The position numbers and the translations under genes are program-made. The notes beneath the pieces were generated by a model. That model did not search any database. It worked only from the letters and a program-made list of their open reading frames with translations, and had not been told where the DNA came from. A stretch of DNA of 64,000 bases, from NCBI GenBank assembly GCA_964016885.1, contig OZ024742.1, forward strand, positions 282,534,001 through 282,598,000, written 5' to 3'. The DNA comes from Eledone cirrhosa. Taxonomy: Eukaryota. Positions within the stretch are counted from its first letter, which is position 1. The number at the start of each line of letters is the position of its first letter. Shown here one piece after another: positions 39,049 through 54,019 of the stretch.

Positions 39049-42000
39049 TCTTCATTTGCCACAGGGGCTACAAAAATGGGACATTAAAAGACGTGACGGC
39101 GGGCGTTTTACATAAAATCTTTAACAATGATAAATAACAATAAACTATATGAAAATAAAACAATTTAAATCCCCATTAGGGGGGAGGGGTTAACGCTACT
39201 GCGGGGTTGTTTTACACCCCGTAGATAGAACAACCCTCAACACCAGCCGGATCTCTGCCAGGGCGTCCATGCCTGTAGATTTTGTCTCGAACTGGTAGAG
39301 CTCCTCGGTAGCACTGCCAGGCCAGAGACCTCTGGAAGTTACCAATAGGCTGGACAGAAAGTCCTCCCGAACAGACTGGTCAGTTCGTCTTCCTCGATGC
39401 CTAGAGTTTCCCCGAGAACGTCGTCGCACTTATCCTCCACTAATCCCCTATAGTATGTCGAAGTGGAGTCTCCGCTGATTGCCGTTTCCGCTTGGTAGAG
39501 GGCTGTGAGCGCCTGAAGGCACGCGAGGTGCCAGGCGCCCATTTTCGGTCTTCGCTTGACACAGGACTGCAGCTGTTAGTGAAACGAGTTGTGGAAGAGC
39601 TCGTCTCACAAACGACAGCCACACCGGTTCACCGGTCAGGAATACCTGGAGATGGCGTAGCCTCAGCGCGTGTTTGCGCATCATCAGACACGGCATGCCC
39701 AGCCCTCCATTAGAAGGGTGTTGACAGCAGATGGATCTCCTCAACAATGGAGCCTGTTTCTTCCAGAGGAACTTGAATAGTAGGCGTTCCATTTTGGTGA
39801 GGTATTCGTGGGGACAAGGCACGACTGGCAAGCAGTAATAGATGACGGACGCTATGTAAGTGTTCGCCACTTCCGCTCGACCTTTCAAGGAGAGTTTGCA
39901 CTCAGACCTCTTCTGGGTGAGTGCAAACACCTTCGCCGTGACCTCGTTTCTGTTCTTGTCTACCTGGAGGTCTGGACCAAACCAGACCCCGAGCAATTTC
40001 ACCGGTCCTTCCGTCCAGCGTCCAACGACATTGTCGGAAGGCATGGGTTTGCCTCTCCATGTGCCGAGTTGCAAACCGACAGACTTGTTTGGGTTTAGTC
40101 TTGCTCCTGTCAACGTTTCGTATTCCTGTAATAGGTTGCCGATTACCCCGATGTCCGAGGTTTTTGACACCATTACGGATATGTCGTCGGCATAGGCCGA
40201 CGCGGCTTTCCGCAGTCCTGGTTCGATCGGGATGCCCTGCAACAGCTCCAACTTCCGCAGTAATGACTCGAGAGTCAGTACATACAGAATGGAGGAGAGA
40301 GGGCATCCCTGACGGATGGAACGCATGATTTGGAATGCCTTCGATAGGTAGCCATTCACCTTGACTGCTGAGCAGATGCTGGTGTGCATGGCAGCGATCC
40401 AGCCTCTGAAGACGGGATCGAAGCCTTGAGAACCGCTTCCAAGTATTGATGGTCGACCCTATCAAATGCCTTAGACTGATCTAAATTGATCAGAGCCCCA
40501 CCAAAGCCAGGTTTACACCCTACCCTCTCTATTACGTATCGCATGAGGTGGAGGTTGTCGTGTATGGACCTGGTCAGGATTGCACACGTCTGCGCTTCCT
40601 CTACCAGGTTCTCGACGACAAGCGCCAGCCTCGCTGCTAACCCCTTGGCCAAAATCTTTAACTCTGTGTTAAGCAGAATTATGAGCCTGAAATTGCTTAT
40701 CTCATCCTCTTGTTCTCATCTTTCCTGATCAGCGTTACTATGCCTCTGCCTACAGAACTGGGAATCCTCCCGTTCTGCTGCCAACTGCAGTAGACCGCTT
40801 CGGGGACGCCAGAGAACAAGTCTGGCAAGCCTATGTAAAACTCATAGGGTAGACCATCTAAACCGGGTGATTTTCATTTCCTACAGAGGCTTAGGGCATC
40901 TTCTATTTCGCCCGCTGTGATTGGCCTTTCGCAGCTCTTTGCATCCGTGCTCGCGAGTCATGGTACGCCGTCGAGGTAGGAGCTGAAGTCCATCCCCTCC
41001 CTTGACGTACCACTTTGCCCGAACCCTTGTGCAAAATGCTGCTGGAAGGCCGTGCACATCTGCTTGGATTCAAGTAGAATGCGTCAATCTTTGTCTTGCA
41101 AAGACCGAATTGTGGATTTGTTGCCACTTTTCGCCTCTCCCACTCGGGCCCAGCTAACAGCTTTGACTCCATCGTTTCTTAGAGCACGTGTTCTACTTCT
41201 GACAATACAACCTTTGTGTTTCACGTTGAAGAACTGGTCTAGTGCCGTTCTCGCCGCTAGCACGTCAGCTGTACTGCCATTCCTAAGTGCCTCTTCTACT
41301 TTAGCTACCAGTTCCTTTTCGGTTTTGTTTTTTTCTAAAGCTACTTCCTTGCTAAATGCTATCGATTCTATTCTAATTGCTTTCTTGAGAGAGCTCCACC
41401 ACCAGTTGTTGACGATCGCCCCCCCCCCCCTCAACTGGCACTTAACTAAGGAGTTAATCCGTTTACTGTAGGCCTTACGCGCCGGAAGCGACATGTTTAG
41501 CTTCCAGTATCCGGGTCCCTGTCTATGTGTTCTATCAACGTTGACTACGCAGGTGACTAATTTGTGGTCTGAATAGGCAACCATGTGCATTTGTGGACAG
41601 CTTAATGTTTCCTTATCATTCTGTCTAATTAAAAATCTATCTAAATACGATCTAGAAGACCCAGTGCGGTTGCTCCACGTCCACAGTGGTACACTTGGGA
41701 AGTCTAGTCGATATCTATCAGACAGTTGGAATTGGCTGATGAGATTTTTTAGGCTATTACACCCCCCCCCCCCCTCTTCTATTATCACAATCTCCTACAT
41801 AGCTCCAACATGCATCTAAGATGCCATTCCAGTCCCCCGCTAACACTAAGAAGCGAGATATTCCCAGGAATGGCTCCAGACGCTTGAAGAACTCTGGTCG
41901 CGATGTGCCAGTCGGGGCATATACGGCCACCAGTCTGAAAGCTCCACCTTCACTACCATTCACGTCCATGACCACCAAGCTGCCTCCGGGTCCAAGTGAA

Positions 42001-44351
42001 TCGTCTGTGCTGTGAGATCCAAGCTTTTTCGAAACAGAACAGCAACTCCCCCACCACCTCCTGGCTGACAGAGAGATGCGTAGATCTCAAAGTCAACGAT
42101 CATGGGGGTTAGCTGCTGCTTGTCGTAAATCCTGGACTCAGTGATGGCTATCACATCTATACAATGTGACCTGAGATCATTTAAAAGCTGGCCCTGTTTC
42201 CAGGGCATGCCCAGGCCACGTACATTCAAACATCCAACTTGTATAGTCACCATGTTGGTGAAGAAGAGTTAAGGAGAGAAAAGGCAGGAACACATACCTT
42301 TTCGTTTCCTGGAGGTCGGGTTGTTCGATCTCCATGTCCAGATTGGGGGTGTTTGGGGAGGGAGAGAATCCTTTTAGCAAGTTTCAGTTAAGGTGTTTTT
42401 GGCAAGAGGGGGGAGGGACATCATGAGGGAAGGTCCCTTTCAATGTTTCGTGTTGTAGGGTTGTTACCCTGATCAGTTTGCGGTTTGCGGGTGGGTCGTT
42501 GGTGGGGAAGGTTTTCCCTTCCGTTTGGATAGTAGGGTCCTTTCGGAAAGTTTCTACTAGTTCTTTGTATGTGTAATGTGTTTTGTTTTTATGTGTAGTG
42601 TTTCTGTTTGTAGTTTTCTTTTTGTGGTTGAGATTTGTGATTGTGGTGGTGTGGGTGTTTGTTTTATTGGTGAAGTGTTTGGTTGTGTTGGTGGTGTCTG
42701 TGTTGTTGGTGTGTTTGTCGTTTGTGGCGGTGTGTTTATGGTGGGGTTGGGTGTGTGCGTGTTTTCTGTAGATGTTTTTGTTTTTTTGCTTTTTTTCTCT
42801 CGTTTTTGTTGTTTTGGATTTTTGGGGTTCCTCTTCATTCTCCCTTGGAGATGTAGATGTTCCCGTGTCTGAGACTTCTGAATCAGGGGTTGATGGGAGG
42901 GGTATGTTGTGTGGTGGAGTGTTTGTGCAGGTGTTTGTGGAAGTATTTGACAGGGAGGGAGGAGGCATTGGAGGGTTTTTCAGTGGGATTTTGTGTGTGT
43001 GGTTGTCTCTCGTCTGTGGTGGTGTGGGAGTGGATATTGTAAGTTTTTGTTTTGTATTTGGTTTGGGATGTTGATGTTGGGGTTTTGGTGTTGGTAATAA
43101 CACCTTGTTTGTCCTCGGTTTGTTTAAGAGAGGGCAAAAGGCCTTTAAGTGTGTGGTTTTCACACACTTATGGCACTGAGGTCTTTTCCCCTCCACTAAA
43201 ATGGAGATGACATCTTCATCAAGGACGATCCTGTGCGGGATTTTCTCAACTCTCTCTGGCCTCATTTGTACCAGAACCTCGATGCAGGTTCCAAACCAGT
43301 TATTCCGGTCTGTCTTGTCTACAGATAGGAGGGTGTCTTCATCCTTCTTCAGAATGCAGCGTAGGATCCACCATATGTTGACCTCTGCTGGGATCCTGGT
43401 TATTTTTATTTTGTATGATCTTCTTCCCATGTATGTGAGGAAGAAGATATGTTGATCCGTTTTCATTGGGTGAACCGAGTGTTTTTGAGCCAGAGTTTCG
43501 CTCTTAAAGAGCACTGACACACTTCCATACTGTTAAGCCCTTTGGCTTGATATCTTTTAGTGCAGCTTCAATAGTGCTTGTTGGGAGCGTTATGGGATTT
43601 TTTTGGTAGCGATGTCAACTGTTCTATAGATCAGTTTCTTTTTCTGTGTCATCTCTCTTACTTATGGGGGTATGTGTATGTGTGGGGTGTCTCCCTCAAA
43701 CGTCACAGAGTTGGAAGCTTCTTCCAAATATTGGGACTTTTGGGAAATATCCATGGGCTAATATTTAAAATCCTGTTGCTTAGCAACGGTTGCTGCAAAT
43801 GAAATGTTGTTATTGTTGTTGTTGGTGGTGATGATGGTCTCATTCGTTGTGTTGCCGCTGATTCCTTTTGTTGTATTGTTGTTGTTCTCACTTATCGTGT
43901 TGTTGTTGTTGTTGCTACACATTCTTCCTTCTGTGTGTGGATACATGTGACGTTTGTGACGTAAGGCGTGTTCAGTTGCTTACAAGCAACTGAAGCTTGT
44001 CCCTCTTCTAAATGTTGAGGCGAAGATGTTGGCATTCCCTTGTCCATGTCTGCTACTACCTGCTGGTCAAGTAGGCATGGCTTTCACTTCCCATCTTCTT
44101 GTTTTGACAAAGAAGTAGGTGCCTTTGCTTCGGCCATTTTTTAAAAATTGAAGTGTTTTGCAAAAATATTTTCGAAAATATGTTGGATGTTTTTGTCCTG
44201 AGGGGCACGGTATTTTGGGAGACTGACCAGATCAAAATTTGACCTGTCAGTTCCTCTATAAATTGGTATAAAAATAAGAGTTCACAATGCCAAATTTCTA
44301 AAGAAATTTAAACAAAACTTACCGAGCAAGTTTAACACATGTGTCCATCCC
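39049..44351 (-). mobile_element. Tx1/L1-like non-LTR retrotransposon, copy 3, degraded, flanked by (GATA)n
   Basis: ORF1 (~42297-44137, CHKCVKTTHLKAFC) and ORF2 (42253 to ~39250; APE, LDQSKAFDRVDH, RQGCPLS, AYADD) with multiple frameshifts and a C-terminal deletion. (GATA)n at ~38960-39048 and 44352-44424. Confidence 0.93.
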
Positions 44352-44424
<73 letters not shown>

Positions 44425-44698
44425 CCGCCCGCTAACAGGCAGGATAAAAGTGAATACGTAATTAGGACATTGTACTTACAATTCCTCATTAGCGCTTCAT
44501 AAATATCTAAGTTGCATTTATTACCATACTCAGACACTTCTCTCTATTTCTCTCTCTTTCTCTGTCTCTCTCTCCCTCTCCCTCTATTTCTCTCTCTCTC
44601 TCTCTGCATAATGTATATATATATATATATACATAAAGATAGAGAAAACATATAAGTTTGTGTATACACACATACACACATACACACACACACATAGA

Positions 44699-44790
<92 letters not shown>

Positions 44791-45589
44791 GATATATGTT
44801 TGTAGGTATGTATGTATATGTATATGTACATTTAAACAAATAAATGCATACTCACATAATTGGACGGACTCACCATCATATGTGTCGCTTTAATATATAA
44901 AATTAAATGTCGGCTCATATATATATATGTATGTATGTATGAATGTTCTTGTGGTTTTATAATTTTATAAATTTCCACTAATAGAGAGAGACGGTTTCTA
45001 ACATAGAAACAAGACTCTCTCATTGAAATTTAGACACTTTTTTATCTTCTCCTTCCTATTCTGTGTCCACTTATTCATGGGAGGGTCGTGGAGGTAGAGT
45101 CCTCAAGCCTGCTTTCCAGCAGGTCCTGCTGCACAACCCCCCTCCCTTTGGTGCCCACACCAAACCGCTTTCCCCCGCTGCATTTAGCAGTTGATGCAAA
45201 AACTGCTGAACCTAATATACGCCATAGTTTCAACGTCCTCACTTTTCTCAGGAAATTCCCTGAATTTGGATGCAATGGTATTTGCATACCTGACCCTGAA
45301 TTTCTTATCTGCCAGCCTTTCCCACTTTATTTTGTAGGTCCAGCTGGACCTGCCAGTTTTGTGGACTTTCTTGGCTTTTGTGGACTTTCTTGGCAGATAA
45401 CTAAATGGTGATCAGTTGACTGCTCAGCCCCTGTCTTAACATAAACATCCAGCACAGTACCAAAGAGATCAGAGACAATAACAAAATCAATTATTGATCT
45501 ATATCCCCAGTTTTCTTTATACTATATGTATTTATGGATGCTTTTGCGCTAGAAGACATTGTTCGTAATAGAGAACCCATTACTAGAAC

Positions 45590-46100
45590 AGAAATCCATT
45601 AAGACATCTCCATTCGTATTTAGATCGGGATCGCTGTTCCTTCCACTCACACCTTTCCATGTCAACATGTGCATTGAAGTTTCCCATCAGGATATATGAC
45701 TCAGTCGTAACTACATCTAATGTTGCAGTAACTTCATCAAGGAAGGATCTGTATTCGGACTCTCTGTCTGGCTCATAAACTTGCACCACTCATTGACGCC
45801 TTTCTTTCAGCCTGAGATTCAAGAAGCAAATCCTCCCTTCTAATAAGATCCGGTCCATAACACATTCTGACAGACAGAGGCTTGTGAGTATCCATACTCC
45901 TATCTTTGTAGTCTTTTCTGGAGCCACACCTAGATATTTCAGTTTCCATCCTCCATCCAAATCTACAGTACCAGAGCCATGGAACTTTGTTGAGGAAACC
46001 TCGAATATATCTAGCCAATATCATGTGGTTCCCTCCACTATATTCTGCTCCTTTCCTGTACGGGTTGAAACGTTCCAGTTACCAATTGTCCAAGTTTACT
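45590..46100 (-). pseudogene. Degraded APE endonuclease fragment, RTE-like
   Basis: GNWNVST..VVQVYEP..SFLDEV..ILMGNFNAHV. Confidence 0.75.
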
Positions 46101-46209
46101 CGCCTCCAGACCTTCCCTGGTGTCTGGTGATACGTAACTTTTGTGTTTCCATCCCACACCTCCCAGGACATGTCACAGCCCATCAACTATGTAAATACGT
46201 ATTTCTATT

Positions 46210-47350
46210 CTTGGTATAGTTTCATGTCATCCACAAAGACGTTATGTGATAGGTTTGTGTTTCTGCACCCTGTGAATCAATTACATATCCTTCATATTTC
46301 CTCAGTATAAAGGACCAGAGGTTTACTGACAGTATAAATATCATGACAGACAGATTGTCTCCTCGAAATATACCCCTGTGATATTCTATTTTATCGGTGT
46401 AAATAAAGTTCTCCTCTGTACTTAACTTCGGGATAGTGGCCCAGGAAGAAGATAGGTTTTCTATTACTCTGATAATAGTATCTGAATCTTTACCAAATCA
46501 AAGGACCTCTAGCATCCAATAGTGGGGAATAGAATCGAACAGTTTCCTAAAGTACAACCAGACTGTAACCAAATTCCTCCTATGTCACCGCATCTCTGAC
46601 ATCGTGGTTTTGGAAAGTAGGAGTTGCTCAGTACACACCCAAAATTTCTTTCTTCCCAGCTACTTGTTCATCTCTGATAATATTGTTGTTGTCACAGTGA
46701 TCCTGGGATCAGACAGGCTGTATACATTTTATACATAAGATTCATGAATGGAAGAAGTCGGTGGTATTTTACCAAGTAGTTTTCTTTCTTTTGGAGGATC
46801 AATCTTGATTCTGTTAATGTCAAACAATTTGAAATATATATCTTGCTGGCAGCTCTGAGTTCTTGTTTGAGGGTGATTAACTTATATTGAAAACTTCTGC
46901 TTGTACTAATTTCAAACATCATTTCTATTTTATTTTTTCCCCATTCATGGTGAGGAGTGTAGTTTTATTTTTATTTTTGTGGGGTGGGGGTTACACGTAG
47001 GTCAGGGATCCTTTTTTTCTTTTCTACCTTTGAAATATACGATGGCATTTTTTGCGTTGTATTGTTTCAGTTAACATCTCTATTATCAACAAGATATTAC
47101 TTCACTGTGGTTGCTCGTGCATACAGGCTGGCGTTAATTTGCCATAATTTAGAGGCTTTAATTTGCTGTAAATATTTTCTTCTAATTCCATCGATAGCAC
47201 AAAGAATTTCATTATATGGTTTCTTGTTTAATATTGTTATTTTATGTCGTTTTCCGAGAAAAGGTTTCATACATAAATTAATCTCTCTTTGGAAAGTTTC
47301 ACTAATGATATATTTTATCTGTTTGTCCCCTTCACTTTACCAGCTAATTG
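46210..47350 (-). pseudogene. Degraded reverse transcriptase of an R4/Dong-like element
   Basis: Read across frames: NLVTVWLYFRKLFDSIPHYWMLEVL, RISQG, NLSHNVFVDDMKLY. The upstream boundary is approximate. Confidence 0.65.
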
Positions 47351-48094
47351 TAGACTTAGTATCATTGACGGTATTTTGATGTTGATGGTTATCGTGGCTG
47401 CGAAATATAACAGATGAGGTAAAATCTGTTGACATGTGGTGCCAAATGTGTTGCCGACATGGCTGTTTGTGTATTGCTCTTGTTTATGGCTCATGGTCAG
47501 GCTGCCTCCAAAAAAGCCTAATATTCGTGGGCCTGAGAAAGTACCAGCTTTGTGACTTGTGCGAATAAGACTCCCAAAACTGCAATATGGTGAGCAGTAC
47601 CTATAAATGTGTCTGTTTATTTTAATTTATTTTTGCCTACATTTTCATTGATACGAAATATTCACTCACATTTTCACAAATCTATTTCTGTATATATGTG
47701 TCTTCAATTAGGATATTTAAATGTGGCATTTTCATTTATTCAATATTACAGTCAATAAATTATATATATATATATATGTGTATATACGTGTGTGTGAGAG
47801 AGAGAGTGTGTGTGTGTGTATGTCTGTGTTTGTGTGTGTGTGTGTGTCTGAGTGAGTGTGTGTGTATGCTTCGTGAGTATGTATTTGCATGTTTGTGTGT
47901 GTGTGTGTTTGCGTGTATAGATGCATATGTGTATATGTATGGTTTTTATAAAGACCCAGTGTTAATAGTTTTTATTGAATATCTAACTAAAACATACAAG
48001 GAACCAGGAACAATTACATGCAACTAAATGACGAGGTGAATGTCCTCGCAACATATACAGCAGAACGAGTAGAACTTCTAAAAACACGTACTCC

Positions 48095-48250
48095 TTCTTC
48101 CATCCCATCCTCATATCTGAGAGTCGGGGGTCATGGACCAGCACTCTCCATCTTTTCCTGCCTCTTGCCATTGCCATACATTCCGCCAAACTTCTTCCTG
48201 TCCATTCCTTAATATCATCTGTCCATCTCGTTTCCTATGACCACAAGGAT
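48095..48250 (-). mobile_element. RTE 3'-end fragment
   Basis: RWTDDIKEWTGRSLAECMAMARGRKRWR. Confidence 0.7.
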
Positions 48251-48699
48251 AACTTCGCAGCTAATACAATTCAACAGAAAACTAAATATGTTTCCTCACT
48301 AAATGTATTTGTGTTCGTGAATGTATGTTGCTTAAAGATATGTGGGTTCAGTGCATTCTGTCTTTGAGCGAGACACTGTGTTTTCTGTTGCTCTAATTCG
48401 CTCAACTGGAAAAAAAAGTTAGTTGAACCTGTGGTTCATACGGCCAGCTTTGTCGGACAATGTTACAGATTGAATCTCACTGAGAATTACGTTAACGGTT
48501 ACATGTATCTTTGGATTGCTCAGCCACTCGCCCATTAATACTCACGACAAAGCTGTTCCATTGGTTGAATGACTGGAACACTGGTTGTCGAAACCGACGG
48601 AGGTCTAACACACATGTTTTAAATTCTATAACTAGAAAAATAACACGAGCAACAATTTTAACTCAATGGAATCACAACAGCACCAAAATTAAGTGGTTT

Positions 48700-49060
48700 A
48701 ATAATTGTTTCTACTTTGGGCACAAGGCCAGCAATTATCCCAGTGTATTACTGGTACTTTATTTTATCGACCCCGTAAGGATGAAAGGCTAAGCTAACCC
48801 CGACGGGATTTGAACTCAGATCGTAAAGGGCCGTAACTCTATGCTGCAAAGCATGGCGTCCAAACCTCTACAGATACTGCCATTTAGTAATTGTTTCTAC
48901 TTTTGGCACAAGGCCAGCAATTACCCAGTGCATTACTGGTACTTTATTTTATCGACCCCGTAAGGATGAAAGGCAAAGTTAACCTCGGCGGGATTTGAAC
49001 TCAGAATAGCAAGAGCCGTAACTCTATGAGTGAAAGCATGTTACCGATACTGCCAATTCA
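48700..49060 (-). mobile_element. Tandem pair of tRNA-SINE copies
   Basis: 48700-48885 is closely similar to 48886-49060. Same family at 49633-49745 (+) and 53697-53822 (+). Confidence 0.8.
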
Positions 49061-50164
49061 TCCCAGAGTATTAAGCAAATGGAGAATTCTGTCCATCCTT
49101 TTCTAAACTTCTACTTCGAGAATTACTAGAATTTGGTAAGACACATATCACCGAACAAACCACATACCAACATAACCGATACCTATAGCGAAATTGCAAT
49201 GTCAGAATATCTGAGAAATCCGTCTAGGTTAAAAACAGGAAAATGATTTAGGGTAGGGGGGTAGGGCGGGGGATAACTCAATGAATGAATGGCAACCTAC
49301 ATATTTGCTCAGTTCGACATTGTAGAATTTTATCCATTCCTCTCTAAAAGTCTTCTTCGAAAGTGTCTAAAAACCGATAATAACATCACGAATGCAAGAT
49401 ATTTCTTACAGACACTGATAAATACAACAATATCAAATAGTATATGATTAACAGTTGTAATACATGTTTTTTATCCCAAGGGTTAGCGCTAATGGAGGAA
49501 GCAGACCTTTTATCAAAAGTATTTCGCTCATCGTCATCTCGACAGATTTTCTTTTAATTTATATCTAAACATGGTGTAAAAGAGGCCACAAGCGGTGGAC
49601 ACCTTGCTTTGCAGCATAGAAATACGTCTCTTTGCGTTCTGAGTTCAAATCCTGCTGAGGTTAACTTTGCCGTTCATCCTTACGAGGTCGAGGAAATAAA
49701 GTACCAGTCACGCATTGGGGTCGATTAAATCGAATTTCCTCTCCCATCAAATTTAATATGTTCTTTCTTGCAAGATATTAAGATATGAGTTGTGGAAAAT
49801 ATAGTTGCTCTTTCTGACAGGCTGAACACAGGCGTAGAGTTTTTTTAGTTGGTTTATTTAGGTGAAGCTTAGAAGATAGACTATGCCTCTATGTATTTCA
49901 GAAAAGGACGTAGTTGATATTTCTAGTAGCAGTAAGTAGAGAGAGAGAAAGAGAGAGAGAGAGTGAGAGAGAGAGTGAGTGAGAGAGGGAGAGAGCGAGA
50001 GAGAGATGTATAGACAAGAAAATAATAGACAGGCAGACAAAGACAAAGAACACCGCCATCTCTCAATACATCTACAGCTCCCGAAGTCTGTTGGCGAGTA
50101 TGCTTTTGCCAAAGAATCAGACGGCTTAAGTTGTTTCCTTGTATAGCAGTACCGTTGCCCTAAA

Positions 50165-50258
<94 letters not shown>

Positions 50259-50315
50259 GTACCACTAACACTCACATACACACATGCATGCACACTTCTA
50301 TATATATATAAATGT

Positions 50316-50413
<98 letters not shown>

Positions 50414-50468
50414 TTATATATATATATATATATACATAAATATATATGTATATATAAATATATATATT

Positions 50469-50520
<52 letters not shown>

Positions 50521-50538
50521 CACATAGATATACACACT

Positions 50539-50571
<33 letters not shown>

Positions 50572-50592
50572 TTACACATAGATATACACACT

Positions 50593-50642
<50 letters not shown>

Positions 50643-50966
50643 AGTGTATATCTATATATATTTATTACATATGTATATACATACGTGTGTGTATATGTGT
50701 GTGCGTGTGTGTGTAAGATTACAAATACATGTGACTGAATTGTAGACACCGATGCAGAGACCAGCTGATAATAACTGAAACATTTCTTGGGCCAAATTAG
50801 TGCCAAATTAGGTATAAAAGATGTACTTAATTTGGCATTAATTTGGCTTATATATTTCTAGGTCAACGTGTAATCTACGTTTCATGATTTTGAACACCTT
50901 TGTTTTGTAATCTTCCTTATTATGTTGTGTTGTTAATACTATAGTTTTTGATGTTTTTGATGAGGG

Positions 50967-51051
<85 letters not shown>

Positions 51052-51178
51052 TTGTATGTGTGCGTGTGTGTGTGTGTATAGATATTCATTCGCGCGCGCG
51101 CACAGACACACGCACATATGCATGTATATATATGTGTATATATATGTGTGTGTATATATATATATGTATATATATATG

Positions 51179-51219
<41 letters not shown>

Positions 51220-51381
51220 TGCTCCAATCAGTACACAAACACCCAGCTGACACCCTAAACTGAACGCTAACCTGTACTCATGACTCCTGCCAAACCAAAC
51301 CGTATCACGTTCCAAATTCGACAAAGCAAACGTGGACCACCCATCTTACCAAACTCGGCATATATATATATATATATACAC

Positions 51382-51517
<136 letters not shown>

Positions 51518-51904
51518 CGTGTGTGTAGCTAGCTAAATAGAGAGATAATAAACGTCAACAATAAAACAAAAACCCATGTGAACAGTATAATACAATTAAT
51601 GGTCTCTAAGTTTAACGCTTGGTAAAGCTGGAAAAGAGTCTTAACGTTTCTGATACTAGTCCTTCACCAAAAGATATAAAAAGAGGAGAGAAGGAGAAGA
51701 AGAAAGACTGACGCGAGTAGCAAATCAAACGAGGAAAAGGGCTGAGTGGTATTATTTGGACCTAATCCTCTGGCTATCTTTATAAGGGAAAAAGGCAAGG
51801 ATTTTCTTGTTAGGATTTAGTTGCGTTAATAAAGTATATATTGCCTACTACTGTGTATTGGGTTTCCTTTCAAACTGTTGTATTTAACTTCTATGTCAGA
51901 GAAT

Positions 51905-52150
51905 ATCTATGTTGGTGAAATAGTTCTGTCTTTATCTAATAAAGTGGAAAATTCATGTGAGTCTTTAGTCGTTAAAATTCGTACATCCTCACTTTTATCA
52001 TCATTTTCATCAGCACAATGCTGTTCTATCTCCATTAGGTCCTCATGAGATAGTTCTACGCTGTGTGATTCAAGTAACTCAACTACATAATTTTCATTTA
52101 TTTCATGAAATATATCTTGGTATGCCAGCCCAAAATCTCCTGACGAATAT
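51905..52150 (-). pseudogene. pogo/Tigger-like transposase C-terminal remnant
   Basis: EINENYVVELLESHSVELSHEDLMEIEQ resembles the Tigger acidic C-terminal region. Confidence 0.6.
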
Positions 52151-52209
52151 TTCGTATCGGCTTCCCTAAACCCTGAAAGATTTGCTCTCATTGCAATAAT
52201 GATAAACCA

Positions 52210-52358
<149 letters not shown>

Positions 52359-52402
52359 TGCACATACATATATACATTTAAATATATATATACATATACG
52401 TA

Positions 52403-52503
52403 CAGGGGGTCCCCAAAAGATGTATACAAACTTCAACAGCATTCTTATAAATATTGCCTGTACAGTTAATCAAAATATTTATATATTTTGGGGGGACACC
52501 ATG
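52403..52503. mobile_element. Tc1/mariner-type MITE (~100 bp)
   Basis: TA|CAGGGGGTCCCCAAAA ... TTTTGGGGGGACACCATG imperfect TIRs. Confidence 0.6.
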
Positions 52504-52517
52504 TGTATATATATATA

Positions 52518-52719
52518 TAGGAAAAGAGTTAGGACCCCAACGGCTGAGCTCCGGCCGTTTCGATAGCTAGATCCGAACAGTTCGGATCTAGCTGTTGAAA
52601 CGGCCAGAGCTCAGCCGTCGAGATCCTGACTCTTTCCCTATTACCCAAACTACTACCCTATGTATCGAGTACTCTGGTGCGTTATGGTCCAACTGCTATT
52701 TTACCACACCTTCTTTGTT
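52518..52719 (+). mobile_element. Fold-back element family F1, copy 2 (divergent subfamily)
   Basis: Palindrome 52518-52640 centred on 52579. Tail gagtactctggtgcgttatggtcc is shared with copy 1. TA flanks. Confidence 0.85.
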
Positions 52720-53947
52720 ATATATATACATGTATATATGTTAGGTATTTTATACGGCTTCTAGGACCCAGATATTTTTTAAACTAATAGTTTAGAATCT
52801 GGCAAATCCAGTCGCTTTGTTTTTATTTTTTCAGCATAACTGTTTGCACATCCGTTTTAATATTACAGTTCTTGCGCACAGTTAAACAACTCTACATTTA
52901 CGTCATTATTCGCAACAATTATTTACCATTTACATTTAATAATATGTCTAAAATGCCATCAAAAAGATATACTTCTAGTAGAAAAGGAAATATTTTACGC
53001 TCAGTACACAAAGAATATAAAGTAGCTTATTAACATTTTCAATGGATCAAAAAAGATCAAATAAAACGGTATTAGAAGTGAATTAGTATTAAGTACACTT
53101 TTTTTCCTTTAGATGTATTGTATATTTTCTATTGAGAGAATTATCGTACCTTAGAGGAGTTACATATCCATGAAATAGGCAGAAGACATATAAAGATCGT
53201 TTCTAAAGTGACGATCGTTTAAATAAATGAGGTTAAATGATTAGCATCTTTATTCATCATTACTAATATTTTTGTAATTATATACTTTTTTTAATGAATC
53301 AGCACCATTATAAAACGCGATTGTCATATTTAGTATAAATTTACCCTTTAGTGACCGTACTTTTAATGAAATACTTTCCATTTCGATTAATTAATGAAGA
53401 AGCTTGAAGGAGTTACAAAGAAAATATTTATTATTTCATAACTGAAATAGTACTTCGACATACATTTATTCTATAAAATTATATTGGAAGATCTTAATTT
53501 AAATAGGAAACACTTCAAAATGTGCGGTTTTGTATCATAGAATAAAAGTCGGTTTTCGACGAGTTGGTATCAAAATGGCCCATAAAACCAGAATACACAG
53601 AAATTCAGGTCATCTCCAGTCACAAATCGAATTTGAAACGTACATTTATTATTAGTATCTGTACACTATGCTCTCCAGCATAGAGTTACGCCCCTTTATG
53701 GTCTGAGTTCAAATCCCGCCAAGGTTAACTTTGCCTTTCATCCTTACGGGGTCGATAAATAAAGTGTCAGTAATGCACTGGGATAATTGCTGGCCTTGTG
53801 CCAAAAGCAGAAACAATTATTATTATGCATATATATGATTAAAGTACAATTTAAAAAAGTTTATTTCCAATTATGTGGTTTAATTTCATATCGTAACACG
53901 TTTTTACAAATCGACGTTTACAGACCCTCATTACATATATTTTGTAT

Positions 53948-54005
<58 letters not shown>

Positions 54006-54019
54006 CCTGTTTCAATCAA

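Noticed and set aside
50830-50965. Penelope GIY-YIG C-terminal remnant (..LEIYKPN)
   Set aside because: Too short and degenerate to support
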